A stretch of 64,000 nt of DNA from Promethearchaeati archaeon (lineage in GTDB: Archaea > Asgardarchaeota > Heimdallarchaeia > Heimdallarchaeales > Heimdallarchaeaceae), in assembly GCA_013166775.1 (NCBI GenBank), contig JABLTJ010000014.1, positions 61,361 to 125,360 on the forward strand. Direction: 5' to 3'. This document shows positions 30,206 through 39,188 of the stretch, piece after piece. Position 1 is the stretch's first letter. Each line of letters begins with the position of its first letter. The position numbers were made by a program, and so were the translations under genes. The notes beneath the pieces were generated by a model, which saw only the letters and a program-made list of their open reading frames with translations, was not told the origin of the DNA and ran no database searches.

Positions 30206-31162
30206 TTAGTATGTCACGCCTAATCTTTTGCTGATGCCATCAAGCATTACTTTAACCATATCCTCAAACTCAAATTCAGGTTGCCAACCCCATTCTTCTC
30301 TAGCGACAGAATCATCTAGTGATTGTGGCCATGTTCGAGCTATCCCATCTCTGAAATCGGGTTCATAAGTAATCTCAAATTCAGGGATATATTTCTTGAT
30401 TTCATCAGCTAATTCTGCAGGAGTAAAACTCATAGCAGTAACATTGAATGCGCGATGTTTGAGTTTCTCATAAGGAGCTTCAATCAAATCAAAAGTAGAC
30501 TTCAGACAATCACTCATTAACATCATTGGTAACCTTACATCTGCTCCAAGGAAACAAGTATATTTCTTTTTCTTGAGAGCTTCATAAAAGATCCAAATAG
30601 CATAATCAGTAGTTCCTCCACCTGGTTCTTCAGGGCTTAAAACACCAGGATAGCGTAAACTCCTGAAATCCATTCCATACTTTTTATTGTAATAATTTCC
30701 CATAAGTTCAGTATAGACTTTTGATATACCATAAATAGAAGTAGGTTCCATTATTGTTGTATTGGGAGTATCCACTAAGGGAGTTGTTGGACCAAAAGCA
30801 GCTATTGAGGAAGGAGCAAAAAGTTGTTCAAGATTTAGTTCTCTTGAAGCTTCCAATGCATTATAGAATCCTTCAAAATTAATCGAATGTGCAAGTTGTG
30901 GATTCTTTTCTCCAGTTGCTGAAAGCACTGAAGCATTATGAATGAGAATATCAACATCATATTCCACTAACAATGATCTTAATCCATACTGATCTCTAAT
31001 ATCTAATCTATGATAAATAACATCCAACTCTTTGAAGAGAGGGATTCTCTTTTTCCTACCAGTTGCAATAACATTTTCTTTTCCATATTTCTTCATCATA
31101 GCAGGTATTAGTGCTTGACCGATCTGACCATATGATCCCGTAATTAAGAATCGTTTTGTCAT
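30206..31162 (-). CDS. tdh: L-threonine 3-dehydrogenase (extended SDR type)
   Basis: ITGSYGQIG, LSATGE, PSSIAAFG, YGISK, PGGGTTDYA, WPQSLDDS; AAGGTGA RBS before MTKR. Confidence 0.88.
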   Translation of the reverse strand: MTKRFLITGSYGQIGQALIPAMMKKYGKENVIATGRKKRIPLFKELDVIYHRLDIRDQYGLRSLLVEYDVDILIHNASVLSATGEKNPQLAHSINFEGFYNALEASRELNLEQLFAPSSIAAFGPTTPLVDTPNTTIMEPTSIYGISKVYTELMGNYYNKKYGMDFRSLRYPGVLSPEEPGGGTTDYAIWIFYEALKKKKYTCFLGADVRLPMMLMSDCLKSTFDLIEAPYEKLKHRAFNVTAMSFTPAELADEIKKYIPEFEITYEPDFRDGIARTWPQSLDDSVAREEWGWQPEFEFEDMVKVMLDGISKRLGVTY

Positions 31163-31401
31163 GATTTTCACCTTAAAGCTAATACCAGAATCAAATGCTT
31201 TTTTAAAAATCTATTGCAATGATATCATCAAAGATTATTTGAACACAGTTGTGCTTATCTCCTCTAGAAGTATTACATTAGGTTTTAAATTGTTCAAATT
31301 TTCATCTTTTCTTTTTGAAAAACTTTATAATAAGCAAAATTTAGCCTATAATAATTATAACAGAAGACAATGTTATAAGTATCCATACTTGGGATGGGCA
31401 A

Positions 31402-32355
31402 GTGTTGAGTATAGAAGAAAAATCAAAGGCACTAAAATTCGACAAGAAGGGTATCCCACTTGTAGTCATTGGCTTAGCTCAAGCAGGTAAAACATCCTTT
31501 GTCCAGCGAATATTAACTGGAGAATTTCAGACAACGACAACTACTATGGGTCTTCAGTTTGAAACTGCAAATGTAGGAGATGCTAGATTCGATATTTTTG
31601 ATCTTGGAGGTCATATTAGCTATCGAAAATCAATCTGGGAAACTTATGTTAAACTCGCTTTTGGTATTGTGTTTGTTATTGACTCAGCAAATCCAGATAG
31701 CTTTAATGAAGCTAAGGAAGAATTCTGGAAAAGTGTCGATCAGAAGGATACTGCAGATGAATTCCTCATTCTATTTCTGTGTAATAAAACTGATCTTGAC
31801 GATAGTGAAGATTTGGAAATGATCATCAATCACATGGAATTATTCAAATTAGCGGAAAAGGTAAATGCTTCCTATCAATTCTTCAAGACTAGTATGAAAA
31901 CAGGAGAAAACATTGATAATGCTCTGGAATGGTTGAAGAAAAATACTTCCAAACTTTCTGCAAAACGAGTTGTCGATCCGCTAATGTTTATGTTAGCAGA
32001 TTTAGAAGGATTTCCTCTCCTTGAGATAGATAAACTTGGACTAAAGGAAGACCCTACACTTCTCGCTGGTTTCCTTGCAGCAATAGAAAGTTTTGGCCAG
32101 AGGCTTTTTGGTAAAACCGGAATGTTACAGTACATGGTTTCCGGAGATCACAAGTATATAGTAAAAACAGATGAAAAATATATTTACTCTATGATTATCG
32201 CAAAGGAAGAATGCCAAGAGGAAGCAAGAAGACAAATCGATATTCTTAGTGAAGTAATAGCAGGGATGAAGGAATTTGGCATTTTAGAAGGAATTGTATT
32301 TCAAATTTTGGGTGTTAATCCTTCTGAATATGTTATGGAAAGAGGATTCAAGTAA
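31402..32355 (+). CDS. Arf/Sar1-family small GTPase fused to a C-terminal longin/roadblock-like domain
   Basis: G1 GLAQAGKTS, G2 TTMG, G3 FDLGGH, GIVFVIDSA, G4 NKTD, G5 TSMKTG; C-terminal LADLEGFPL...DPTLLAGFLAAIESFGQRLFG. Confidence 0.9.
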   Translation: MLSIEEKSKALKFDKKGIPLVVIGLAQAGKTSFVQRILTGEFQTTTTTMGLQFETANVGDARFDIFDLGGHISYRKSIWETYVKLAFGIVFVIDSANPDSFNEAKEEFWKSVDQKDTADEFLILFLCNKTDLDDSEDLEMIINHMELFKLAEKVNASYQFFKTSMKTGENIDNALEWLKKNTSKLSAKRVVDPLMFMLADLEGFPLLEIDKLGLKEDPTLLAGFLAAIESFGQRLFGKTGMLQYMVSGDHKYIVKTDEKYIYSMIIAKEECQEEARRQIDILSEVIAGMKEFGILEGIVFQILGVNPSEYVMERGFK

Positions 32356-32413
32356 CCTTCAAACATTTTTAACAACTTAAAGAAAAACATAAAAGCAAAG
32401 GTCAAACTTTGTT

Positions 32414-33793
32414 GTGAGAACAATGGTTAATCAGTTCTTTTATCCTAAAACTATTGCTGTAATTGGCGCTACTGCAGATCCCAAGAAATTTGGAAATGCT
32501 GTTACAATGAATCTTTTGGAAAACAAAAATCTGCAAAGTGAAATCTTCCCAATAAATCCTAAATCTGAATTAATCTTAGGTTTGAAAAGTTATCCGTCCA
32601 TTTTGGAGATAGAACAAAAGATTGATTTAGCTATTCTACTTGTACCTGCAAAAGCAGTTCCAATCGTAGTTGATCAGTGTGTAGAGAAGCAAGTAAAGAG
32701 AATTATCATTATCTCTGCAGGCTTTGGAGAGATTAACGAAGAGGGAAAGCAACTGGAGAGAGAGATGGTTAGAAAAGTACAAGAGGTAGGATCGAAGATA
32801 ATTGGTCCTAATTGTGTAGGTATTATGAATTTAGATATAGGATTGAATGCTTCATTTGTTCTCACACCACTCAAGGGACATGTAAGCATGGTCACACAAT
32901 CAGGAAGCTTTGGAGCAGCTTGTTTGTATGAGATGTGGTGGCAAGGTTTAGGATTTTCCAAATTTGCGAATCTTGGTAATATGGCAGATGTGAATTTAAC
33001 TAATCTTCTTGAGTATTTCAAAGATGATAAAGATACTGAAGTAGTTTGTATTTACTTGGAGAGTGTTATTGATGGTAGAGCTTTTTACAACAAAATGAAG
33101 GAAGTCGCAAACATCAAGCCGACAGTGATTCTCAAAGGTGGGAGAACTATTGCAGGAATGAAGAGCGCGAGTAGTCATACTGGATCAATAGCTACTGATT
33201 ATACTTCACTAAAAGCTGCAATCAAACAATCAGGTGCAACTTTATGTGAGAGTTTAATGGATTACATTACTGCAATCAAAGCATTCTCGTTTCTACCATT
33301 ACCTAAAGGAAAGAGAATTGGAATCTTAACTAACTCTGGAGGAAGTGCAGTTCTTTTCAGTGATAATGCGGAAGAATTTGGTCTAGAAATTGCAGAATTT
33401 TCTAAAGATTTTGAAGAAAAAATCAGTCCATTCTTAATCCCTCTTGTAAAGAAAGTTAACCCATTGGATATGATAGCTGGAGCAGATGGAGAAGCTTACT
33501 ACAACGTTACAAAAGCAATGCTTGAGAATCCAGAAATAGATATAGTTGTTCCATGTGCTGTTATTCCAACATTTCTCGAGATGAAACCAGATGAACACTT
33601 CTTAGGTGTTATCAAAGCATGGAATGAAACAGGTAGAAAGAAACCAATATTACCTATATTCATGAGTGGATCTTTGCTGAAGCATGTTAAAGGAATTGCA
33701 GAAGATGAGAAAGTTCCTATCTTTATTTCTCCAAAAGAAGCTGCTTTTGCTGCTAAGGTACTATTAGATAGAGCTAAAAAACTTCAGAAATAA
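32414..33793 (+). CDS. acdA: ADP-forming acyl/acetate-CoA ligase alpha subunit
   Basis: IAVIGAT, ISAGFGE, IIGPNCVG, TQSGS, LGNMAD, phospho-His SSHTGS, TNSGG, NPLD. Confidence 0.9.
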   Translation: MRTMVNQFFYPKTIAVIGATADPKKFGNAVTMNLLENKNLQSEIFPINPKSELILGLKSYPSILEIEQKIDLAILLVPAKAVPIVVDQCVEKQVKRIIIISAGFGEINEEGKQLEREMVRKVQEVGSKIIGPNCVGIMNLDIGLNASFVLTPLKGHVSMVTQSGSFGAACLYEMWWQGLGFSKFANLGNMADVNLTNLLEYFKDDKDTEVVCIYLESVIDGRAFYNKMKEVANIKPTVILKGGRTIAGMKSASSHTGSIATDYTSLKAAIKQSGATLCESLMDYITAIKAFSFLPLPKGKRIGILTNSGGSAVLFSDNAEEFGLEIAEFSKDFEEKISPFLIPLVKKVNPLDMIAGADGEAYYNVTKAMLENPEIDIVVPCAVIPTFLEMKPDEHFLGVIKAWNETGRKKPILPIFMSGSLLKHVKGIAEDEKVPIFISPKEAAFAAKVLLDRAKKLQK

Positions 33794-34029
33794 ATTCGAG
33801 TGATTAATTCTTTAATCTTCTCCGCATCATGCGAACGATCTGGATTTAATTCTGCTCTTCTTTTCATAAAAGAATCGAGATCTTCAACTTCTTTTATTAA
33901 TCCTCTCTCCATTAAACCTAAGGTAGACAGTAGCATGGTAATACTGATTCTTTCTTCTAAGCATTCATGTATCAAAGGTATCGAACGCTCAAAAACTTTA
34001 GTTGGGCGTTTTTTGTCGGTAGTTACCAT
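33784..34029 (-). CDS. hypothetical protein
   Basis: About 81-aa ORF convergent with acdA. Confidence 0.55.
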   Translation of the reverse strand: MVTTDKKRPTKVFERSIPLIHECLEERISITMLLSTLGLMERGLIKEVEDLDSFMKRRAELNPDRSHDAEKIKELITRIYF

Positions 34030-34154
34030 CAAGAAGATATTCAGAAAATGATATTTAAATCTGTGTCAGACTCCTTTATTACTCTCAGAACATCCAGAAT
34101 AGCAATTTCCCTTAACCGATACACGTAAAAATGTTTATCTTTTTTTTTTCTTAA

Positions 34155-34622
34155 ATGGATCAAGAATTTCGATTAGCAACGTTGGAAGAGAAAGAAATAG
34201 TTAAGCAGTTACTTATGGAATACAGCAGAGAGTTGTATAAATACGAGAGAGTACCTTCAAGTAAGTTTGCTTCTGCTCAGTGCTTTGATGATTACTGGAT
34301 CGAACACAAGAGATTTCCATTTATCGCAATTCAAAAGGAAAATGTTGCAGGTATTTGTCTTCTTAGAGATACATGTGAGAGTTATAGTATAGATGAATTC
34401 TACATAAAAACCAAATATCGTAGAATAGGTTTAGGAAGGAAATTTGTTCAGTTTATAGTTGATTTTTGTAGAAAAGATGAGAAACATAAAGAAATATATG
34501 CGAACAGCTTAGTTGATAATTTATTAGCTAAATGGTTTTGGAATTCAGCAGGTTTTAGAACCAAAGAGATTCAAGAAGCAGGAAAAGAGCGATTCTTCAT
34601 CAATATCAAAAAGATAAACTAG
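34155..34622 (+). CDS. GNAT N-acetyltransferase
   Basis: IDEFYIKTKYRRIGLGR motif A; N..AKWFW...GF. Confidence 0.9.
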   Translation: MDQEFRLATLEEKEIVKQLLMEYSRELYKYERVPSSKFASAQCFDDYWIEHKRFPFIAIQKENVAGICLLRDTCESYSIDEFYIKTKYRRIGLGRKFVQFIVDFCRKDEKHKEIYANSLVDNLLAKWFWNSAGFRTKEIQEAGKERFFINIKKIN

Positions 34623-34641
34623 AACAAAAAAACTTAGGAGA

Positions 34642-34872
34642 TTAAGTTTCAGTTCCATCAGTTTTTGCGCCATATCTTCCGAGAGACTGATATACGAAAC
34701 TGTAGATCATTACAATGAAAATTGTGACTATCCCCCATATTTCAAGAGGCCATTCACCTATAGCTCCTTTGATTGCATAAAAAACTAATAAGATTATTGC
34801 AAACACAACTATCATAATTACAGCTGATATAAGGTTTAGTTTCAAAGCTTGAAATAATTTTGTTTTATTCAT
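34642..34872 (-). CDS. small two-TM membrane protein
   Basis: Two hydrophobic helices; start at MNKTK overlaps the upstream stop. Confidence 0.6.
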   Translation of the reverse strand: MNKTKLFQALKLNLISAVIMIVVFAIILLVFYAIKGAIGEWPLEIWGIVTIFIVMIYSFVYQSLGRYGAKTDGTET

Positions 34873-35167
34873 TGATTGCACTCTCTGAAATCTGATCAAC
34901 AGTTTTGATTTCGTTTTCTTTATTGTATTCTAAAACGTCTCCCATTTTTTCAGTGATTATAACAGGTCTAAACATTTTAAGTATTGTTCGAACACCAATT
35001 GCAATAACGATTAAATCAATAGCAATAGCTACTATCCAGAAGAAAATGTCTGAAGTAATTGCTGCTAGAATTAGTATGCAAACCACTAAAGAAACAAAGA
35101 ATCCTATAATTAAGATAATGTACCATCTTGGATGTTCTTGCGGAGCTTTTATCATCATTTTATACAC
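34865..35167 (-). CDS. small two-TM membrane protein
   Basis: Two hydrophobic helices; tightly packed with neighbours. Confidence 0.6.
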   Translation of the reverse strand: MYKMMIKAPQEHPRWYIILIIGFFVSLVVCILILAAITSDIFFWIVAIAIDLIVIAIGVRTILKMFRPVIITEKMGDVLEYNKENEIKTVDQISESAINE

Positions 35168-35179
35168 GTTACACTTTGA

Positions 35180-35494
35180 TTAATCATTTTTACTTGATAA
35201 AGGTTGATTTTCACATTCTTGTTTTTCTGTTCTATTCTTGTGCATTAACAGTGAGATTAGCTTCACTGTAATGTAAACAAGAACAACAAAGAAAAACCAG
35301 CCAAACAGAACCCATATCGAATAAAGCCCTAGAGGTTTCCAACTACCTAATGAAAGAGTTAGAAAATTCATAATTATTATTGTTCCAATAACCAATACGG
35401 AAAAGATAAGAATCAGTTTACCAGCTAAGGATTGTTTCCTGAAATTAATGCTGTTTTTCCACTGTGTCCATAGATTTGGCTTATTTGAACTCAT
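35180..35494 (-). CDS. small two-TM membrane protein
   Basis: Two hydrophobic helices; tightly packed with neighbours. Confidence 0.6.
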   Translation of the reverse strand: MSSNKPNLWTQWKNSINFRKQSLAGKLILIFSVLVIGTIIIMNFLTLSLGSWKPLGLYSIWVLFGWFFFVVLVYITVKLISLLMHKNRTEKQECENQPLSSKND

Positions 35495-35554
35495 TATTCA
35501 AAATAGAATTAGTATAGATGGTTATAAGTGTTTGTAGATTAATAGAAAAGCAGT

Positions 35555-36583
35555 TTAATCTTGAATTCTTTGCAAAAGCTCGAACAGAATCATTTGTTTT
35601 TCCAAAGGTAGTGAGTCCTTAGAATGAGCACGAATCGATAATGATTTCAATGCTTTGAAAATCCAATCCAATTCTGTTCGTAGTAAACTATAAGCTTCCA
35701 TAGCATTGAGATTAGTTAATTGCTTTGAAATATCTTGGAAATAGGTAGAAGATCTTCCACCAAAAACAACTCCTTCATCAATATTCACAATTATATGGTT
35801 TGGAGAAGGCATAAGATTTTGAATATCTCTAGTACCAACTATGTCATATCCAGTTTCATATTTGAAAATCCAGGGTTTAACTTTAAGTAAGCGAGTTGGG
35901 GAAAGTAAACGAAGGGATTGAATCATAGATTCAACTATGTTTCTATTCCCCGTTACTACAATTGGGTATCCAACAATTAGGGCATAAAGAATTTTATCTA
36001 AACCTTCAGGAATTAATCTTGTAATAAGATCAAAAGAGAGGAAATCTTTAGGTCCATCAAACATTACATCCCTGGCAACATTCTTGAGTTTGATAATTGA
36101 GTCATAATCATGTAAATCTGTCTTTTCGTAGATTGAAATCATGTTTTTCTGTATATTAGAAAGATATTCAGCTAATGAAGATTTAATACTGTAAGAAATC
36201 TCTTTTTCGAATCGAATAGCTTCAAACAAATGGAATTTGTATCTTTCTTGAGCACTTCGAAATTCAGCTAGAAGTATTGGTAAAATATCTCCATTGAATG
36301 GACTATCTATATCAACTAACAAGGCAGCTATTAATTCGTTTTCAGTGTAGAAATAAAGTATCTTTCCTTCGAATTCTATTTCTCTTGGAAAAGAGCTGAT
36401 AACTTCAGAAGATAGAGCAACAATAGCACTTATGAGTCCAGTAACGAGAGCATTATCGTGAACCTGAGCTTCACTAAAACTATCGTACTGATAAAGTAGT
36501 TCCCCATATTTAGATGTAATCAGTATCTTCAAATTATCCACTCTTACATTATTAACAAGAGAGTTCTCTAACACGCTGACCAA
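35555..36583 (-). CDS. longin + DENN-like (folliculin-like) protein
   Basis: N-terminal ILITSKYGELLY...ALVTGLISAIVALSSEVI...IAALLVD; C-terminal LYALIVGYPIVVTG...VESMIQSLRLLSP...VKPW...YDIVG...IIVNID. Confidence 0.65.
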   Translation of the reverse strand: MVSVLENSLVNNVRVDNLKILITSKYGELLYQYDSFSEAQVHDNALVTGLISAIVALSSEVISSFPREIEFEGKILYFYTENELIAALLVDIDSPFNGDILPILLAEFRSAQERYKFHLFEAIRFEKEISYSIKSSLAEYLSNIQKNMISIYEKTDLHDYDSIIKLKNVARDVMFDGPKDFLSFDLITRLIPEGLDKILYALIVGYPIVVTGNRNIVESMIQSLRLLSPTRLLKVKPWIFKYETGYDIVGTRDIQNLMPSPNHIIVNIDEGVVFGGRSSTYFQDISKQLTNLNAMEAYSLLRTELDWIFKALKSLSIRAHSKDSLPLEKQMILFELLQRIQD

Positions 36584-36737
36584 CGTTTAAGACTTCTGCC
36601 TGCCTATAAAGCTAGATAGTACCCAGATATTAACCCCAATTGTTATTTTAACAGTATCATTTTCTTATTATAAATAGTATGTAGGGGGCAAGCTAGATAA
36701 AGAACAACAAAAGGCGTAAAAGTGACAATATCTTTGC

Positions 36738-37079
36738 CTAGAACCCGAATACCAATCCACTGAACACGAAGAAAATTAGGAAGAAAATAAATGGAATACC
36801 GAAGAAGAACAGAATCATTAATACCTTAACAGCAGTGGGTAAACCTTGCCTTTGAGGAGTATAAGGTTGTTGAGCTCCGGGTAATACATCATAACTTCCT
36901 GACATACTTGATCTAGAATCTTGAGAGCTTGATTGTCCATATGGAGTGAATTGTGAAGTCTGTTGTTGAGTAGGAGAGGTTGTTTTCACATCATCAAATG
37001 TTTGTCCACAATTTTCACAGAACTGATTATTATCATTATTTTTTGCACCACAATAAGTGCAGAATTTTCCATTACTCAT
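36738..37079 (-). CDS. zinc-ribbon protein with Q/S/T/P-rich linker and C-terminal TM anchor
   Basis: FCTYCG...FCENCG; hydrophobic C-terminus. Confidence 0.85.
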   Translation of the reverse strand: MSNGKFCTYCGAKNNDNNQFCENCGQTFDDVKTTSPTQQQTSQFTPYGQSSSQDSRSSMSGSYDVLPGAQQPYTPQRQGLPTAVKVLMILFFFGIPFIFFLIFFVFSGLVFGF

Positions 37080-37227
37080 CATTATCCCAAGCTAGATTCG
37101 AACTCACGAATATATAAAACAATCCTTTTAACTTCGCTTTGGAACAAATCAAGATCATTCTTAATCTCTTTCTTATCTTCCTTTAATTTGAGAACACTTA
37201 TCATAGTCTGTGCAAAAAGATGCACAC

Positions 37228-38115
37228 ATGAATGTTGAAAAATATGAAGAATCTGGATTATTACAGAAAATTTCTCGATTAAAATGGTCAATGATTTCCT
37301 CTGCAGTTAGTCTAATAATTCTTTCAGCGATTCTTCTACCTTTAGGTTTTCTAGTCAATCAGAACATCCTTCTTTTTGGATGGATACCTGTTGTTAGCTT
37401 GATAGTTATTTTTCTTGATGTGTTCATCTTCAGATATCTATTCCTAAAGAACAAACTTAAGGAAGCTAAATCAATCAGATACATAGGTAAGAAGAAAAAC
37501 CTGACATTTGTTTTGATGTTTTTATTTGCTCTATTATTAATTTATGATTTCATAATAACAATAATTAAAACTGTTGAATTTTACTCCTTCCCTGATAGCT
37601 TCTTTTATGGTTTCATTTGCGCAATTTTTATTCTAGCAATAGTTCTGTTCATAACTAGCACTGACTTCTCAGAAATACAAGCAGATTCAATTGTAGCAGG
37701 ATTTCTGCTAATTACTTATGCGATTCTATTGACCCCTCAAATACTTAGTAAATTTTCATCCCAAGTTTATCCTTATTTACCCTTCAATTTGGTTTTAAGA
37801 TCCTTGTTAACTTTAGGTTTAACTTCAACTTATTTCATTTTTCAAAGGATGAGAAAATCAAAAATCCTACCTCTTATACTAATATATGCGTGGATATTCA
37901 TTCCATTTCAAATCATCAATTGGTTTGGATTTACTTCGCACTACCCATTTGAAGCAACTATCGAACTCTTTCATACTAATCCTGTACTTCTAAGAATGAT
38001 ACAAACTTCCTCAGTAGTAATAGCTTCGTGTATGATTATAATGGTCATTGCATTAATTCTGTTCATATTGAAATTGCTTCTAAACAAATCACAAAAGTAT
38101 GAACATGATACGTAG
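37228..38115 (+). CDS. polytopic membrane protein, paralog of 38206-39132
   Basis: About 8 TM helices; shares LPF...SLL..G and SKI..LIL..W segments with the neighbour. Confidence 0.7.
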   Translation: MNVEKYEESGLLQKISRLKWSMISSAVSLIILSAILLPLGFLVNQNILLFGWIPVVSLIVIFLDVFIFRYLFLKNKLKEAKSIRYIGKKKNLTFVLMFLFALLLIYDFIITIIKTVEFYSFPDSFFYGFICAIFILAIVLFITSTDFSEIQADSIVAGFLLITYAILLTPQILSKFSSQVYPYLPFNLVLRSLLTLGLTSTYFIFQRMRKSKILPLILIYAWIFIPFQIINWFGFTSHYPFEATIELFHTNPVLLRMIQTSSVVIASCMIIMVIALILFILKLLLNKSQKYEHDT

Positions 38116-38205
38116 ATATCTAGAATTTAATATCTAGAATCTTTCAAAATTCTTATTTGAGATTTTTCAGAAACCTTTATTTAATTTCGAAATGATCTAT
38201 TCTTT

Positions 38206-39132
38206 GTGAATCTTGAAGAAAGCAAATTAGTAACTCAAAAAGATAAACAATCTCGTCTGAAAAAAAAGATAAAAATCTTAGTAATCGCTCTAATTATTTT
38301 ATCAGCAGTATTTATCCCAACTGCTTTTATTATTCTTTTTACTGTCCCATTTGATGCAGCATTAACCATATATGTAATTCTCATTGGTTTTATTTATATT
38401 CCAATTGGAGGAGTAATGGTAATTACAACGGACATTTTTATCTGGTTATATATTCATGAAAAATTTGAAACAAAAGATTACATTGGATTTAACATATTTG
38501 AAAATAAAAGAGTAATTTTATCCATAATTATACTTACAATTATCTCATGCTGGTTAGCAAGTGTTATAATAGATATTAGGATCCTAATTTCACCGGAAGA
38601 ATTTTTTGATTTAACAATAACATCAGACTATGTTTTTCTTTCAGGTATAGTGTTATTAGCATGTTTTATTTATATACTTGGAATAAATGTAAAAGAGATA
38701 AAGAAAGCATCAACTACCTCTTCTTTACTACTGTTCTTCTACTGTATAATAAAAATACCTCACTTTAGTGAGATTTTCTTGAGACGATTGAGAGGGTTTC
38801 TACCCTTTACATTTGTTGTTTATTCCTTACTAATTTTTGGAACCATATTGATTTTTTATATATTGAAAAAAGTGACTAATTCAAAAATAATCTATTTAAT
38901 TCTTGGTTTTGGATGGGTTCTAGTTTTAATTGATATAATCTATTATGTTTCAGTATATTTTGCAATAGTCAGATGGCAAGGTTATCATGTGATATTCTTA
39001 TTCGAGATTTCTTTAATCATACTTAGTATTCTAGTTTTTGTAATCTCACTCATACATATTCTATTTATACTCCTTTTCAAAAGAGAAAAAAAGTTAAGTC
39101 CTTCATTAGAGAGCCAAGTGTTAAACACATAA
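38206..39132 (+). CDS. polytopic membrane protein, paralog of 37228-38115
   Basis: About 8 TM helices. Confidence 0.7.
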   Translation: MNLEESKLVTQKDKQSRLKKKIKILVIALIILSAVFIPTAFIILFTVPFDAALTIYVILIGFIYIPIGGVMVITTDIFIWLYIHEKFETKDYIGFNIFENKRVILSIIILTIISCWLASVIIDIRILISPEEFFDLTITSDYVFLSGIVLLACFIYILGINVKEIKKASTTSSLLLFFYCIIKIPHFSEIFLRRLRGFLPFTFVVYSLLIFGTILIFYILKKVTNSKIIYLILGFGWVLVLIDIIYYVSVYFAIVRWQGYHVIFLFEISLIILSILVFVISLIHILFILLFKREKKLSPSLESQVLNT

Positions 39133-39188
39133 AGTTGGATTTTTAAAGTCTCTTTTTCTGAAAAATACAATTATAGCTGGGATTATGT

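Noticed and set aside
31394-31408. ATG-GGC (Met-Gly) myristoylation start for the GTPase
   Set aside because: This ATG is out of frame (MGKC-stop); the GTPase frame has no Gly2, so it cannot be claimed as a substrate of the NMT-like protein
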